IMG/VR virus record: IMGVR_UViG_3300037311_000038
Location: 1-32,191 of that record
Length of the DNA stretch: 32,191 bases
Direction: 5' to 3' (one strand)
Source of the DNA: a virus
Lineage: Duplodnaviria; Caudoviricetes
Within the stretch, counting starts at the first letter, position 1; each line of letters opens with the position of its first letter. The notes beneath the pieces are model-generated. The model made no database searches and was not told the origin of the DNA. It saw only the letters and a list, made by a program, of their open reading frames with translations. Both the position numbers and the translations under genes were made by a program. Of the stretch, positions 1 to 8,402 are shown piece after piece.

Positions 1-552
1 CATTGGTACCGAAGCCGATGAGGCTTCGGTAAAAGCTTGTCCGTCTTGTTCGTCACGTTTCGTAACGTGCTCGTTGTTAAACGTTTCGTTACGTTCGTTA
101 CGTAACGTATCGTTCGTACGTTCGTTCGTAGCGGCCAATTTATGCACGCGCACGTTACGTTTATGCACGCGCACGTTACGTGCACGTGCAGATCGGAACG
201 TAAGTAGCTGTTTTGATTTGAGTTTTTTTAGAGCAAGTTGCAAGTCAGTTGCACACATTGTCGTTTCTCTGCAAAACATTTGCACGTTGATGCAAAAAAC
301 TGACGCAGAGTTGTCATTTGTTGACACAAAGTTGTCATTTGTTGACACAGATTTGTCATTTCTTGCGCCATGACTCGACGCACAACACAACAAATACAAC
401 CAAACTGTGTGGTCATTTGGTGTAAAGTCTGCAAATTCATGCCTCCGAAAGTGGTCATTGTTCATTCGAAACCACGAAAAAAGTTTCACGTCTTTGCGCG
501 GATTGAACGCATCAAAGTTGTTAATTGTAACAACGATAGTCTTAGACACCAT
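1..552 (-). CDS. Replisome organizer / replication initiator, N-terminal part; joins 31583-31969 across the circular junction (~312 aa total)
   Basis: Not in ORF track because it runs off the edge. ATG at 552 after GGGGTGAG; open frame MVSKTIVVTINNFDAFNPRKDVKLFSWFRMNNDHF...VWLYLLCCAS...RNVRVHK...SASVPM, in frame with the 31583 ORF; upstream of loader and SSB genes. Confidence 0.8.
   Translation of the reverse strand, partial: MVSKTIVVTINNFDAFNPRKDVKLFSWFRMNNDHFRRHEFADFTPNDHTVWLYLLCCASSHGARNDKSVSTNDNFVSTNDNSASVFCINVQMFCRETTMCATDLQLALKKLKSKQLLTFRSARARNVRVHKRNVRVHKLAATNERTNDTLRNERNETFNNEHVTKRDEQDGQAFTEASSASVPM
7..31. repeat. Perfect 10-bp inverted repeat TACCGAAGCC-GATGA-GGCTTCGGTA inside the initiator gene
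   Basis: Read directly; repeated at 31976-32000. Confidence 0.9.
51..201. repeat. ACGT/CGTT-rich repeat tract with 2x21-bp tandem repeat; probable replication origin (iteron-like)
   Basis: About 13 ACGT tetramers in 150 bp; TTATGCACGCGCACGTTACGT at 140-160 and 161-181; sits in the middle of the initiator gene like lambda ori in O. Confidence 0.7.
309..370. repeat. Three 21-bp tandem repeats (AGTTGTCATTTGTTGACACA[A/G], third degenerate)
   Basis: Units at 309, 330, 351; encode NDKSVST/NDNFVST/NDNSAS in the initiator frame. Confidence 0.85.
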
Positions 553-669
553 AAAGCTCACCCCTTTGTTGGTTATTAGAATTGCCACAGAAGTATTTTT
601 GGATTGCGGTCAAGCCTAGAAGGTTGTATCCGTAGAACCAACACTTCTTGTGGTGAGATGAGTTATAGA

Positions 670-716
670 AGCGGCATCTGACTTACGCAAAGTAAATCAG
701 GTGCCGTTTTTATTTT
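670..716 (+). terminator. Intrinsic terminator-like hairpin with T tract on + strand
   Basis: GCGGCATCTGACTTAC-GCAA-AGTAAATCAGGTGCCGT followed by TTTTATTTT. Confidence 0.7.
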
Positions 717-740
717 ATAAGTGTCGATACTCTAATCCAA
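712..740 (-). promoter_or_regulatory. Sigma70-like leftward early promoter for the replication operon
   Basis: TTGGAT (740-735), 17 bp, TAAAAT (717-712) on - strand in the divergent intergenic region. Confidence 0.55.
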
Positions 741-817
741 TTCCCTCTTGCATATAATCCCGACATCTCGTAAACCGCTCCCATAGCGTGTAGACAACCA
801 TCATTATAAGAGGATTT

Positions 818-1411
818 ATGAGCCAATACTTCACCACACCTAAAGGTACTGTTCTACCTTTTATGGAGATTAAAGGTCAGCCATACTTAAAGGTCATGCA
901 CCGGCTCGTTTGGTTTCGTGAAGATCACCCAGACTGGCGAATCGAAACTGAACAAGTAAAGTCTGATGATACGTGCTCAGTATTTAAGGCCACTATATAT
1001 GACAATGAGGGCTCGGTTATCGCCACAGCTCATGGACGCGAAGACTATAAACACTTTCAAGACGCCATTGAAAAATCCGAGAGCAAGGCCATTGGCAGAG
1101 CCCTAGGATTTTGTGGCTATGGCACTCAGTTCGCCCAGGAATTAGACGAATCCGATCGCATAGTAGATAGCCCTGCGCCAAATAAAGCGTCAGCCACAGA
1201 GCCTTTGAGCGCAAATAAAACCCAAGATGTAAACGCCTACACAATAAGCTTTGGGAAGTTTAAAGGTCAGCTCTTAAAAGACGTTCCCATTGAAGAGATC
1301 AAGACCTATATGGGCGTTATCTATGACAAAGCCAAAGCCGAAGGCAAGCTTGTCACTGGCCCGGCTCGTGACTTTATCTTGGCAGCTGAAAGCTTTTTGA
1401 AACCAAAATAA
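818..1411 (+). CDS. Single-strand DNA annealing protein (Sak/Rad52-like) with C-terminal FGK-x-KG module
   Basis: IKGQPYLKVMHRLVWFREDHPDWRIETE, EKSESKAIGRAL..GYG typical of phage SSAPs; ISFGKFKG at the C-terminus; AGAGGA RBS. Confidence 0.72.
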   Translation: MSQYFTTPKGTVLPFMEIKGQPYLKVMHRLVWFREDHPDWRIETEQVKSDDTCSVFKATIYDNEGSVIATAHGREDYKHFQDAIEKSESKAIGRALGFCGYGTQFAQELDESDRIVDSPAPNKASATEPLSANKTQDVNAYTISFGKFKGQLLKDVPIEEIKTYMGVIYDKAKAEGKLVTGPARDFILAAESFLKPK

Positions 1412-1430
1412 ACGCGGTATAAACAATATT

Positions 1431-1667
1431 ATGGATAAAAATACGCTATATATATGTAAAACACCTGGCTGCAGTGAGTTTGCGTCTAATCTATCTCACT
1501 GCCCAAAGCATCTCTACCTTGCCAAGGTCATACCCATTCGCCCTGCAAAGCCCGTATACCTTGCCGATGTTCAAAGACAGCGCCGCCAAGCCGAGCGTCT
1601 CAAAGAGCTATTAAACACTGATGCTCTAATGGATCTATGCGCCCCTCAAAGCAATGAAACGGCTTAA
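1431..1667 (+). CDS. Small hypothetical protein with CxxxGC...CxxH zinc-binding motif
   Basis: CKTPGC...HCPKH; follows SSAP in the same orientation. Confidence 0.6.
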   Translation: MDKNTLYICKTPGCSEFASNLSHCPKHLYLAKVIPIRPAKPVYLADVQRQRRQAERLKELLNTDALMDLCAPQSNETA

Positions 1668-1827
1668 AAAGCAGCTCCATAAAGTAACCCATCCGTCAGA
1701 GGCCTACTCAGACCTTCCATCATTAATACTAGTAATTGTGTTCTGGAGTATTTTTGTCTACTGGAGTGTTAGATGGTCACGCGCTCTTTATCGCTTTGTA
1801 GATAAGCACCGCTACAAAAAGGCCTAG
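1654..1827 (+). CDS. 57-aa single-pass membrane protein
   Basis: MKRLKKQLHKVTHPSEAYSDLPSLILVIVFWSIFVYWSVRWSRALYRFVDKHRYKKA; exactly fills the gap, and its stop overlaps the convergent lysozyme stop; below ORF track cut-off. Confidence 0.55.
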   Translation: MKRLKKQLHKVTHPSEAYSDLPSLILVIVFWSIFVYWSVRWSRALYRFVDKHRYKKA

Positions 1828-2264
1828 CCGCGCTCCATCATATCACTAAGTGCCCTGACTCTCTCCGGTAGCTGCGTAAACCACTTAGAGTTTATCATCT
1901 CAGCCGATGCCGATAGATAATCCTGGCGCTCTATTGCTTTAATTAAGCGCTTAAAGCGTGAAAACCCAAACGAGCCAAGATTAAAGATCATCGATACGAT
2001 AACCATCTTTCGGTTATCCGAGAGGCTCTTGTACCATAGGTACTTCTCAGCCTCTTCAATCGCCTTATAGATATCCGTATCAAAAAGCACCATGGCTTCC
2101 TGCTTTGATACTCCGTTCGTATCTAGCGCCCTACCTATGCCAATCGTTGGATGCCCAATAAGAGTTGAGCCAGGGCCTACATCCTTACCCGTAGCATCGT
2201 CATAAACCTTAAGCCTAAAGCCCTCGTGTTCCATCACTAGCGCCTTAAGCCTTGTTATGTTCAT
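1824..2264 (-). CDS. Endolysin, T4 lysozyme-like (GH24) muramidase
   Basis: HEGFRLKVYDD...GHPTIGIGR, MIFNLG..G..F, AEMINSKWFTQLPER. Confidence 0.92.
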   Translation of the reverse strand: MNITRLKALVMEHEGFRLKVYDDATGKDVGPGSTLIGHPTIGIGRALDTNGVSKQEAMVLFDTDIYKAIEEAEKYLWYKSLSDNRKMVIVSMIFNLGSFGFSRFKRLIKAIERQDYLSASAEMINSKWFTQLPERVRALSDMMERG

Positions 2265-2273
2265 TTATAGCAC

Positions 2274-2663
2274 CTATTTAGCGCAGTACTCTATTAGACG
2301 GCCTAAGAAGACATCACTCATGCAGATAAAGTTTACCGCTTCGGGCAAAGTGTAATTTCTAGTCTGACAGACAAGACCTTTTTGATCGAAAAAGCAAACT
2401 TCAACTTCCGGTGCGCCGCCTTTGCGACACGCTTTAAGCACCCGGTTATAATCTTTCGGAGCGATGCACAGGTAGCCTTGCGACGCATAGAATGGCCTCT
2501 CATATTGTTTCTCATCATAGGAGCACTGTAGTTTTTCTCTGCCAATAATGCAGATCTCAACGTCCGGTCCATTGGCGCACCCAGTAAGCTCACCGGCGCA
2601 TACGCTTAATGATAGAAGCCCAGCGACTAGCCACCTTGCGCTGCTCATCTTCGGTTTTGGCAT
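2274..2663 (-). CDS. Lipoprotein, o-spanin (Rz1)-like; start may be 2648
   Basis: Hydrophobic signal then LTGC lipobox; overlaps 3' end of upstream membrane protein gene; next to endolysin. Confidence 0.6.
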   Translation of the reverse strand: MPKPKMSSARWLVAGLLSLSVCAGELTGCANGPDVEICIIGREKLQCSYDEKQYERPFYASQGYLCIAPKDYNRVLKACRKGGAPEVEVCFFDQKGLVCQTRNYTLPEAVNFICMSDVFLGRLIEYCAK

Positions 2664-2820
2664 TTTCAGTCTCCTTAGTCACTTGATCAACTTCTTTAGC
2701 TACCTGTTGCTCATGACGTATATCTTGAGACTTCCGCCATGCTGCTATCTCGTCGATGATCTTTGGCAGGGCTGAGAAAAAACCCATAAGCGCCGAACCA
2801 ATTGCAGTAAGCCAGCTCAT
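2590..2820 (-). CDS. i-spanin (Rz)-like protein
   Basis: N-terminal hydrophobic helix then charged helical segment; overlapped by lipoprotein gene. Confidence 0.55.
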   Translation of the reverse strand: MSWLTAIGSALMGFFSALPKIIDEIAAWRKSQDIRHEQQVAKEVDQVTKETENAKTEDEQRKVASRWASIIKRMRR

Positions 2821-2969
2821 TTTTTGGATATCCTTTGAGTGATCTCTAGTAACCAGCGTATCTCCTTATCGGGGTGCTCACCTGGCACTATTAGCGCCAC
2901 AAGGTAAGCACCCACAATAAGTAGCTGTACTACACCTAATATTGATAGAACTTCGCAGTTAGACGGCAT
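2817..2969 (-). CDS. 50-aa membrane protein, putative holin
   Basis: MPSNCEVLSILGVVQLLIVGAYLVALIVPGEHPDKEIRWLLEITQRISKK; ATGA overlap with downstream gene; in lysis cassette; missing from ORF track. Confidence 0.6.
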   Translation of the reverse strand: MPSNCEVLSILGVVQLLIVGAYLVALIVPGEHPDKEIRWLLEITQRISKK

Positions 2970-3228
2970 CAATCACATGGTCGATTTCAACCATGAGCGC
3001 CAGTGCAAACTTAGCTGGATCTGCTTTAATCTCTTCAGGAAGCTTATCTAGCCCCTTCATTCCTTCGCCAGAGAGCGCAGAAAACGTCTCTTGAATGATT
3101 GGCACTACATCGGTGGCTTGAAAACCATCTTTGCTTGCCAAGATCGCAGCCTTTGCAATCTTGCTTAGCATCTTTGCTAGCTCATGCGCTTCTTTGCCAA
3201 GTTCTACTTCGACTTTAACCAATTCCAT
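2959..3228 (-). CDS. Hypothetical phage protein at head of lysis cassette
   Basis: AAGGAGA RBS; amphipathic helical 89 aa. Confidence 0.75.
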   Translation of the reverse strand: MELVKVEVELGKEAHELAKMLSKIAKAAILASKDGFQATDVVPIIQETFSALSGEGMKGLDKLPEEIKADPAKFALALMVEIDHVIDAV

Positions 3229-3252
3229 GGTGTCTCCTTTTGTTAATAAATC

Positions 3253-5814
3253 TTAGATTACTGCGGCAACCATATGAGTCAAAAATGGATCAGTTGCATC
3301 CGTTGTTCTAATTGTATCAGCTTCCATCGATAGCTTCTGACCAGTTAGAGCATTTACCTCATATCTATTTAGCATTTGTGGGAAGTTGCCAAGCGGCCTT
3401 GGACGCCCGCCGTTGTATATAGAATTCACAATGCCTTGGTCGATCTTGTAATTTGCCCAAAATACAAGCTGAGCTAGCTTGCCAGCATTAAATGGAATCC
3501 CTGATGACGTATACCTGCCGATATCAAGCACAAATCCGCTATCGGAGCATGGCGTTCCATTAAACTTAGTCTCAACTCCATTTAGCCATATGCTATTAAT
3601 GTTGGTCCCAGAGGTGTCCTCCCAAGCTAAAGCCAAGTGATTCCACCTGCCAACAATAACGCTAGCGGTAGTAATCCCAGTAGTTGAGTTAAAGTTTACT
3701 TGATACCTAGCGGTGGTTGCCTGAATCTCAACATACCAGCCTTGGTTAGATCCGTTTGTCTTGTGCATTAAGATCTGCTGAGAGCCTGGGGTTACATCTA
3801 AATACACCCAGCATGACATCGAGAATCTTCCAGTAGATCCGGACAGTCCGCTATCTGCAGATATGCCTTGAATGCCAGCGTTTGGATGAGAAAAGTAATC
3901 CGAATCACTAAATGGTCCAGCGCCGAATATTCCAGGTAAGAACTCTACCGTCTGGTTTATCGTTCCGTTTGTCGTAAGCGATACGGCACCGCCAATATTT
4001 GATTTGTTATTTCTGGTCCCAATAGCGTTTGTCTTCCCGCCAAGGTTATAGTGAGCAAGTACGTTTTGAACCCTTGGATACTGAAGCCCAGTGTTAATGC
4101 AGTTTCTTTCAATATTTGTTAGCGCTTGAAAGTTCTCGTTTGCAGTAAGCCCTACGCAAGATAGGCGCTCGTTTGATACCTGACGCATTACAATCGTATC
4201 GCCAACGGCAATCCCAGTGTTCGTTCCAGTATTAATAGTTGTCGTGCCGCTAGAATGCGATGAGCTAGACACTGTTAGAGGTAGTAGCCTAGATACGTAT
4301 TGCTCGGAGCTCTCTGGATCGGCAATGGTTTGAAAAACGTCAAATACTCTTCCAGACACAATGTTTGCCGTAGAGTTTGCAGCATCAGATACTTCAATTG
4401 TATCTGAATCTACAACCGCGGTGACCTTAAAGGTCATGTCCGTGCCCCATCCAATAGAGGCCTGAAAATTTGCAGACGATACTGCAGCTGGAAGTATAAC
4501 CGTCTTTCTAGATGTCTGAAGGTCTGCAGCTGCGCCTGAGAGCCCATCAAGCATCTGAGCCTTGTTATCAGATATCAGGTGCGTACTTCTTTGGATCTTA
4601 GAGTTTGCCGTCGTTTTAAATCCTGCCGTATATGCGTTTGATAACCCAGCTGCTAACGTTACTTCGCCTGCCTCTCTTGCAGATGCGCTAGATACAATCA
4701 GTGTCTCAACTGTAGATGAGTTATATATATTTCGTTTATAGGTTTTAATGCCTAGTGATGCAGGGTTTTCACGCGAAAACACAACACCGTCTACAATGAT
4801 TCCTGTGTAGGTTTGCGTTGCAGATGACGTGACAACTCCGACATGAAAGTATCTAAATAGCTTTGATTTATCCCAGCCAGTGCCAAACGTTGTGCCAGCC
4901 GTAGATAGATCAATTCTAATTAGCTGCCAGCCAGTAGCTAGCGCATTACCCTTATGATCAAGCGTTGCCGTGTATGATTGATAGTTAGTACCATCAATAT
5001 CCATGCGCACTTCGACGCTAGATAAGTTTGTCAAGCTTGGAAGGTTGATCCAGAAAAATAGCTCAGTAAAGCCAGCTGCGCTTCTTACAACAGAGCCAGC
5101 ATCGTATCTGATTCTAGCGCTTGTAGCAGAGTTATCTTTGTTAAACTTTAGACCATGAGTGCCGACTCTAAACTCGCCAGCCGTGTTTGTGGCAGTAAGA
5201 CTTGTGGCAGCTGCTTGCGCAGCCCAGTTTGTAGCCGAATCCGTATCCTCATCGCCTGATTCTAAAAACCTTGGATCATGCACCATTACTAGCGCAGTTC
5301 CAGACGTGTAGTTATCCCACACGTAAGATGTTACTTGATCTGCCACACCTACAAAGCTTTGCACTACTGAGTTTGGAACAGGCGCAGAGTATACCCCAAC
5401 CTGCTCGGCAGCGGCCTTTTGTTCGGCAAGATATAGGTTTGCCATGCCGCCAGAGCCGCCCCCTCCTCCGGCAGAGGAATCTAAAATCCATCGACCAGGT
5501 GCTGGCTCTGTAATATCGCTTGGGGTTACCACCTCATCGTCATCGCCTGGCGTAGTAGATGCCGAATCCCAGTAGTAATAGCCTTTTCCGATAACAATAA
5601 AGATTTGATCATCAATGCGGTCTGCGTCCCCTGAATCTAGACCCTTTAGCGCAGTAACGTCAGCTACCGTGCCGCCTACGTTATCTTTTCTGGTATACGT
5701 GTCATCGGCATAGCCCTTGGTTACGACATCTGCATCGTTACTAGGAGTTACCGCAGTTGGCTGAACGCTTGTCTCATACCCAACCACAACATCCACTACT
5801 CTTATGCCGCCCAT
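3253..5814 (-). CDS. Tail fibre / receptor-binding protein with C-terminal LamG (concanavalin A-like) domain
   Basis: Poly-Gly hinge, beta-rich domains, FSMSCWVY...GRWNHLALAW...IWLNG...FNAGKLAQLVFW; last gene of tail module. Confidence 0.78.
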   Translation of the reverse strand: MGGIRVVDVVVGYETSVQPTAVTPSNDADVVTKGYADDTYTRKDNVGGTVADVTALKGLDSGDADRIDDQIFIVIGKGYYYWDSASTTPGDDDEVVTPSDITEPAPGRWILDSSAGGGGGSGGMANLYLAEQKAAAEQVGVYSAPVPNSVVQSFVGVADQVTSYVWDNYTSGTALVMVHDPRFLESGDEDTDSATNWAAQAAATSLTATNTAGEFRVGTHGLKFNKDNSATSARIRYDAGSVVRSAAGFTELFFWINLPSLTNLSSVEVRMDIDGTNYQSYTATLDHKGNALATGWQLIRIDLSTAGTTFGTGWDKSKLFRYFHVGVVTSSATQTYTGIIVDGVVFSRENPASLGIKTYKRNIYNSSTVETLIVSSASAREAGEVTLAAGLSNAYTAGFKTTANSKIQRSTHLISDNKAQMLDGLSGAAADLQTSRKTVILPAAVSSANFQASIGWGTDMTFKVTAVVDSDTIEVSDAANSTANIVSGRVFDVFQTIADPESSEQYVSRLLPLTVSSSSHSSGTTTINTGTNTGIAVGDTIVMRQVSNERLSCVGLTANENFQALTNIERNCINTGLQYPRVQNVLAHYNLGGKTNAIGTRNNKSNIGGAVSLTTNGTINQTVEFLPGIFGAGPFSDSDYFSHPNAGIQGISADSGLSGSTGRFSMSCWVYLDVTPGSQQILMHKTNGSNQGWYVEIQATTARYQVNFNSTTGITTASVIVGRWNHLALAWEDTSGTNINSIWLNGVETKFNGTPCSDSGFVLDIGRYTSSGIPFNAGKLAQLVFWANYKIDQGIVNSIYNGGRPRPLGNFPQMLNRYEVNALTGQKLSMEADTIRTTDATDPFLTHMVAAVI

Positions 5815-5832
5815 GTTATCCCCTTTACGTAA

Positions 5833-7926
5833 TTACCAGCTGCCGGAATTGTCTTCGATTCCCTTTTGATCGTATGCGCTTATTGTGACTGAAGTTCGGT
5901 TTTTAGTCACAGTGCTAACCGAAAATTTTCTTTGACGCTCGGTTTCAGGATCAAAGCTAAAGCCTGGCACTTTGGTTCGATTAATCTCTAATACATCGCC
6001 AATTTGAGTCAAAAAGAAGCGGTTCTTTGCTTTAAGCGATAGCTCGCCAAAACGATCGCCAAACAAGTAAACAAGCCTAGTTACTAGCTCTATAGCGTCA
6101 GCCTCTTTAAAATGAAGGCTATCGTGCAGCTTTTGGCGGCTAATCTTATGCAGTAGCTTTGCCACTGTAGATGACGCCGATACCGTAGATACCGTATCCC
6201 CACTATCTTGAAGCGATTCGCTTGCCTCTAGAGCTCGGTACCTGACTACAAAGTCCGAGTACACGTCCTTGTAGGAAAACTTGCAAGATATCGAATCATA
6301 GACAATCTCAAAGTCATCAATTTCGCGGTCTGTAACGCCCATTGGGTCTACTGCGCCAACCGTCCACTTTAAATCATCGTCGATATGCATACGAATTAGC
6401 GATGTTTCGATGATATCAACTAAAATATCCCGATATTTTGGCATGTTACTAGAACTTTTGGCAGGTATGGCAAACCCTAGTGCGTCTGTTCTATCGGATA
6501 ATAGCTGCGTAAATGATGCCGTATTTAGCCTAGCCTCTGGAATCCCTAGGCCCTTTTTTATTAAATCTAGGATTACCATGACAGGCCTAGTGATATTGTT
6601 TGTCTCTGAATCGTTTACGCCAAAGGATGGACCGCCAAGAGTTAGGTCATTCTTTCTGCCGTATACCCGCAGAATAACCTTATCGTTATTAGTTAGCGGC
6701 GTTGGCATAGAAACGTTTGCTTCAAAGTTATTTACAAAGGTAATGCCTGATATGCCGCCAGCCATAGAGCCGTTTGTCGTATAATCGCGATTAAAGAGCG
6801 GCCTATAGATAACGTCATTTTGAATGATTGTAACAGCCCCTACAAAGGATCTCTCAACCGTATCGCCATTAGTCATTGGTGATGCTAGAGCCGTATGGTC
6901 AATGTAGTTTACCCCAACTGCCGTTACGATCTTGTACTCATCACCGCCAGAGGCCCGGTTCATAAACACATGATCGCCAACGCGAAGCCCTAAGAGCGCA
7001 GTTAGAAACGTTCTAGTTGTGGTATGCGTTCCGCCGCCAACCGTGGCTACAACATTGTTTAGATTGTTTTGCTCGCCTATTACAGCCCACTGCCGGTTAT
7101 CAGAAGTAGTTGATGCTTGCGGATCAACGTAGGAGACGTTTACTGGCAGAAACCCATCTACAACGCCGTATACGTACCGAACGGGCCTGCCAATTGCCTG
7201 GGGGTCTATGTTCGGAAATAGCGTGCTGCTATAAAACGATGCATGCGTGTTCCGATACTCGGATGATAGCTCATCTTCGCCAGAAACCGTCTCTATTCGT
7301 ATCTTGTTTTGATCCCAAGATACGTCTTGCATCATGCCGTCATAGACAAGCTTTATGTTGGCTACATCTATATCAGTGCCAGGCGCCTCTCTTAGTACAT
7401 GATAGGTCTTTATAGACGCTTTAGAAAAGCTTGAGTCATACACGTCACGCTGAAGCGCATGATCTGTATTAATGATCGATATTGTGGATCTTTGAACTGG
7501 CTGAAAGCCAAATAACGACTGCGATATATCGCTCTTTAAATCCGGAGATTTTTCAACTTTAGCTTCATAATATAAAGGATCACTTGAAGTATTTAGCGGA
7601 TCTCTATGCCAGTGCTCATCTTTTGTGCCGTAGTATAACTCATAAGTAGCTACTACGTAGTTAGCAGTAGGTACGGTTGAGTCAGCTTTTCTAATGTAGA
7701 GAACGTTTGACGCAAAGTAGAACTGACCTGCCGATAACGAAGTAGAGCTCCCGTTTGCTAGCGCTACTCCGTCGACCTGAACGCTAGTCACATACCCGTA
7801 ATCAAATGCCGTGCTATATACAGATCCAGAAAAGAGCGTAAAGCCTGTGGCACGCCTTCTAGGAGATAGAATCACTAGATACTGTGAATCTATTCCCTCT
7901 TTTTCTATAAGATCTGAATACGCCAT
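5833..7926 (-). CDS. Tail tip / hub protein
   Basis: 697 aa, position after distal tail genes, GRPVRYVYG motif, C-terminal QIGDVLEI. Confidence 0.65.
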   Translation of the reverse strand: MAYSDLIEKEGIDSQYLVILSPRRRATGFTLFSGSVYSTAFDYGYVTSVQVDGVALANGSSTSLSAGQFYFASNVLYIRKADSTVPTANYVVATYELYYGTKDEHWHRDPLNTSSDPLYYEAKVEKSPDLKSDISQSLFGFQPVQRSTISIINTDHALQRDVYDSSFSKASIKTYHVLREAPGTDIDVANIKLVYDGMMQDVSWDQNKIRIETVSGEDELSSEYRNTHASFYSSTLFPNIDPQAIGRPVRYVYGVVDGFLPVNVSYVDPQASTTSDNRQWAVIGEQNNLNNVVATVGGGTHTTTRTFLTALLGLRVGDHVFMNRASGGDEYKIVTAVGVNYIDHTALASPMTNGDTVERSFVGAVTIIQNDVIYRPLFNRDYTTNGSMAGGISGITFVNNFEANVSMPTPLTNNDKVILRVYGRKNDLTLGGPSFGVNDSETNNITRPVMVILDLIKKGLGIPEARLNTASFTQLLSDRTDALGFAIPAKSSSNMPKYRDILVDIIETSLIRMHIDDDLKWTVGAVDPMGVTDREIDDFEIVYDSISCKFSYKDVYSDFVVRYRALEASESLQDSGDTVSTVSASSTVAKLLHKISRQKLHDSLHFKEADAIELVTRLVYLFGDRFGELSLKAKNRFFLTQIGDVLEINRTKVPGFSFDPETERQRKFSVSTVTKNRTSVTISAYDQKGIEDNSGSW

Positions 7927-8402
7927 TAAAGCTTATCCCCTACAAACCCATCGATCTTAAATGGCGATCTACCAAGGTTTGCAACGCTGCTAGTTGGCAC
8001 GTTTAGTTTATACGCTGGGTCTGGGTATCCTAGCTGCCACCCAAGATATGCGCTACCCGTTGCGCTATAACCTGTAGCACGCGGCACTAGCGCATAGCTC
8101 TCACCGCCCTTTAGAGCGATATCATTAAAGAGCATGCCAAAGCCCTTATCAGCGTACGCAAGCGTATGAAGGTCAGCCTTAGTCACAAGGTTTGTAGACG
8201 TATATAAGAGCTGCCGTGGCGTAGTGCCGTCTAAGGAGTAAATGTGAAAGTATACGTCTGTAAATGTGGGGTTGTTCCACACAAAAAACCACGTTTGAAA
8301 GCCTCTTAGTACCGTGTTTGATGGAGGGATAATCTTTTGATACCTAGCAAAGCCAGTTGTAAGATCCGCTGTATCTAAAGCGATAAAGAACCTACGTTTC
8401 AT
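7926..8402 (-). CDS. Minor tail protein (hypothetical)
   Basis: Translationally coupled within tail tip module. Confidence 0.6.
   Translation of the reverse strand: MKRRFFIALDTADLTTGFARYQKIIPPSNTVLRGFQTWFFVWNNPTFTDVYFHIYSLDGTTPRQLLYTSTNLVTKADLHTLAYADKGFGMLFNDIALKGGESYALVPRATGYSATGSAYLGWQLGYPDPAYKLNVPTSSVANLGRSPFKIDGFVGDKL

Larger units (their letters stand above)
1..213 (+). repeat. Terminal direct repeat, left copy (circular overlap)
   Basis: Matches 31970-32191 except that the right copy has 9 extra bases (cgtccgtta). Confidence 0.97.

Noticed and set aside
1-213. True physical direct terminal repeats of the virion DNA
   Set aside because: The repeat falls mid-gene in a repetitive tract far from terS; more consistent with an assembly overlap
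51-370. Repeats as a CRISPR array
   Set aside because: Repeats are directly tandem with no unique spacers, keep a reading frame, and no cas genes are present
74-619. ORF-track calls 74-373, 228-458, 370-579, 407-619
   Set aside because: Shadows of the real - strand initiator frame 552-1; repeats suppress stop codons
3253-5814. Diversity-generating retroelement or invertible tail fibre cassette
   Set aside because: No reverse transcriptase, invertase or template repeat seen
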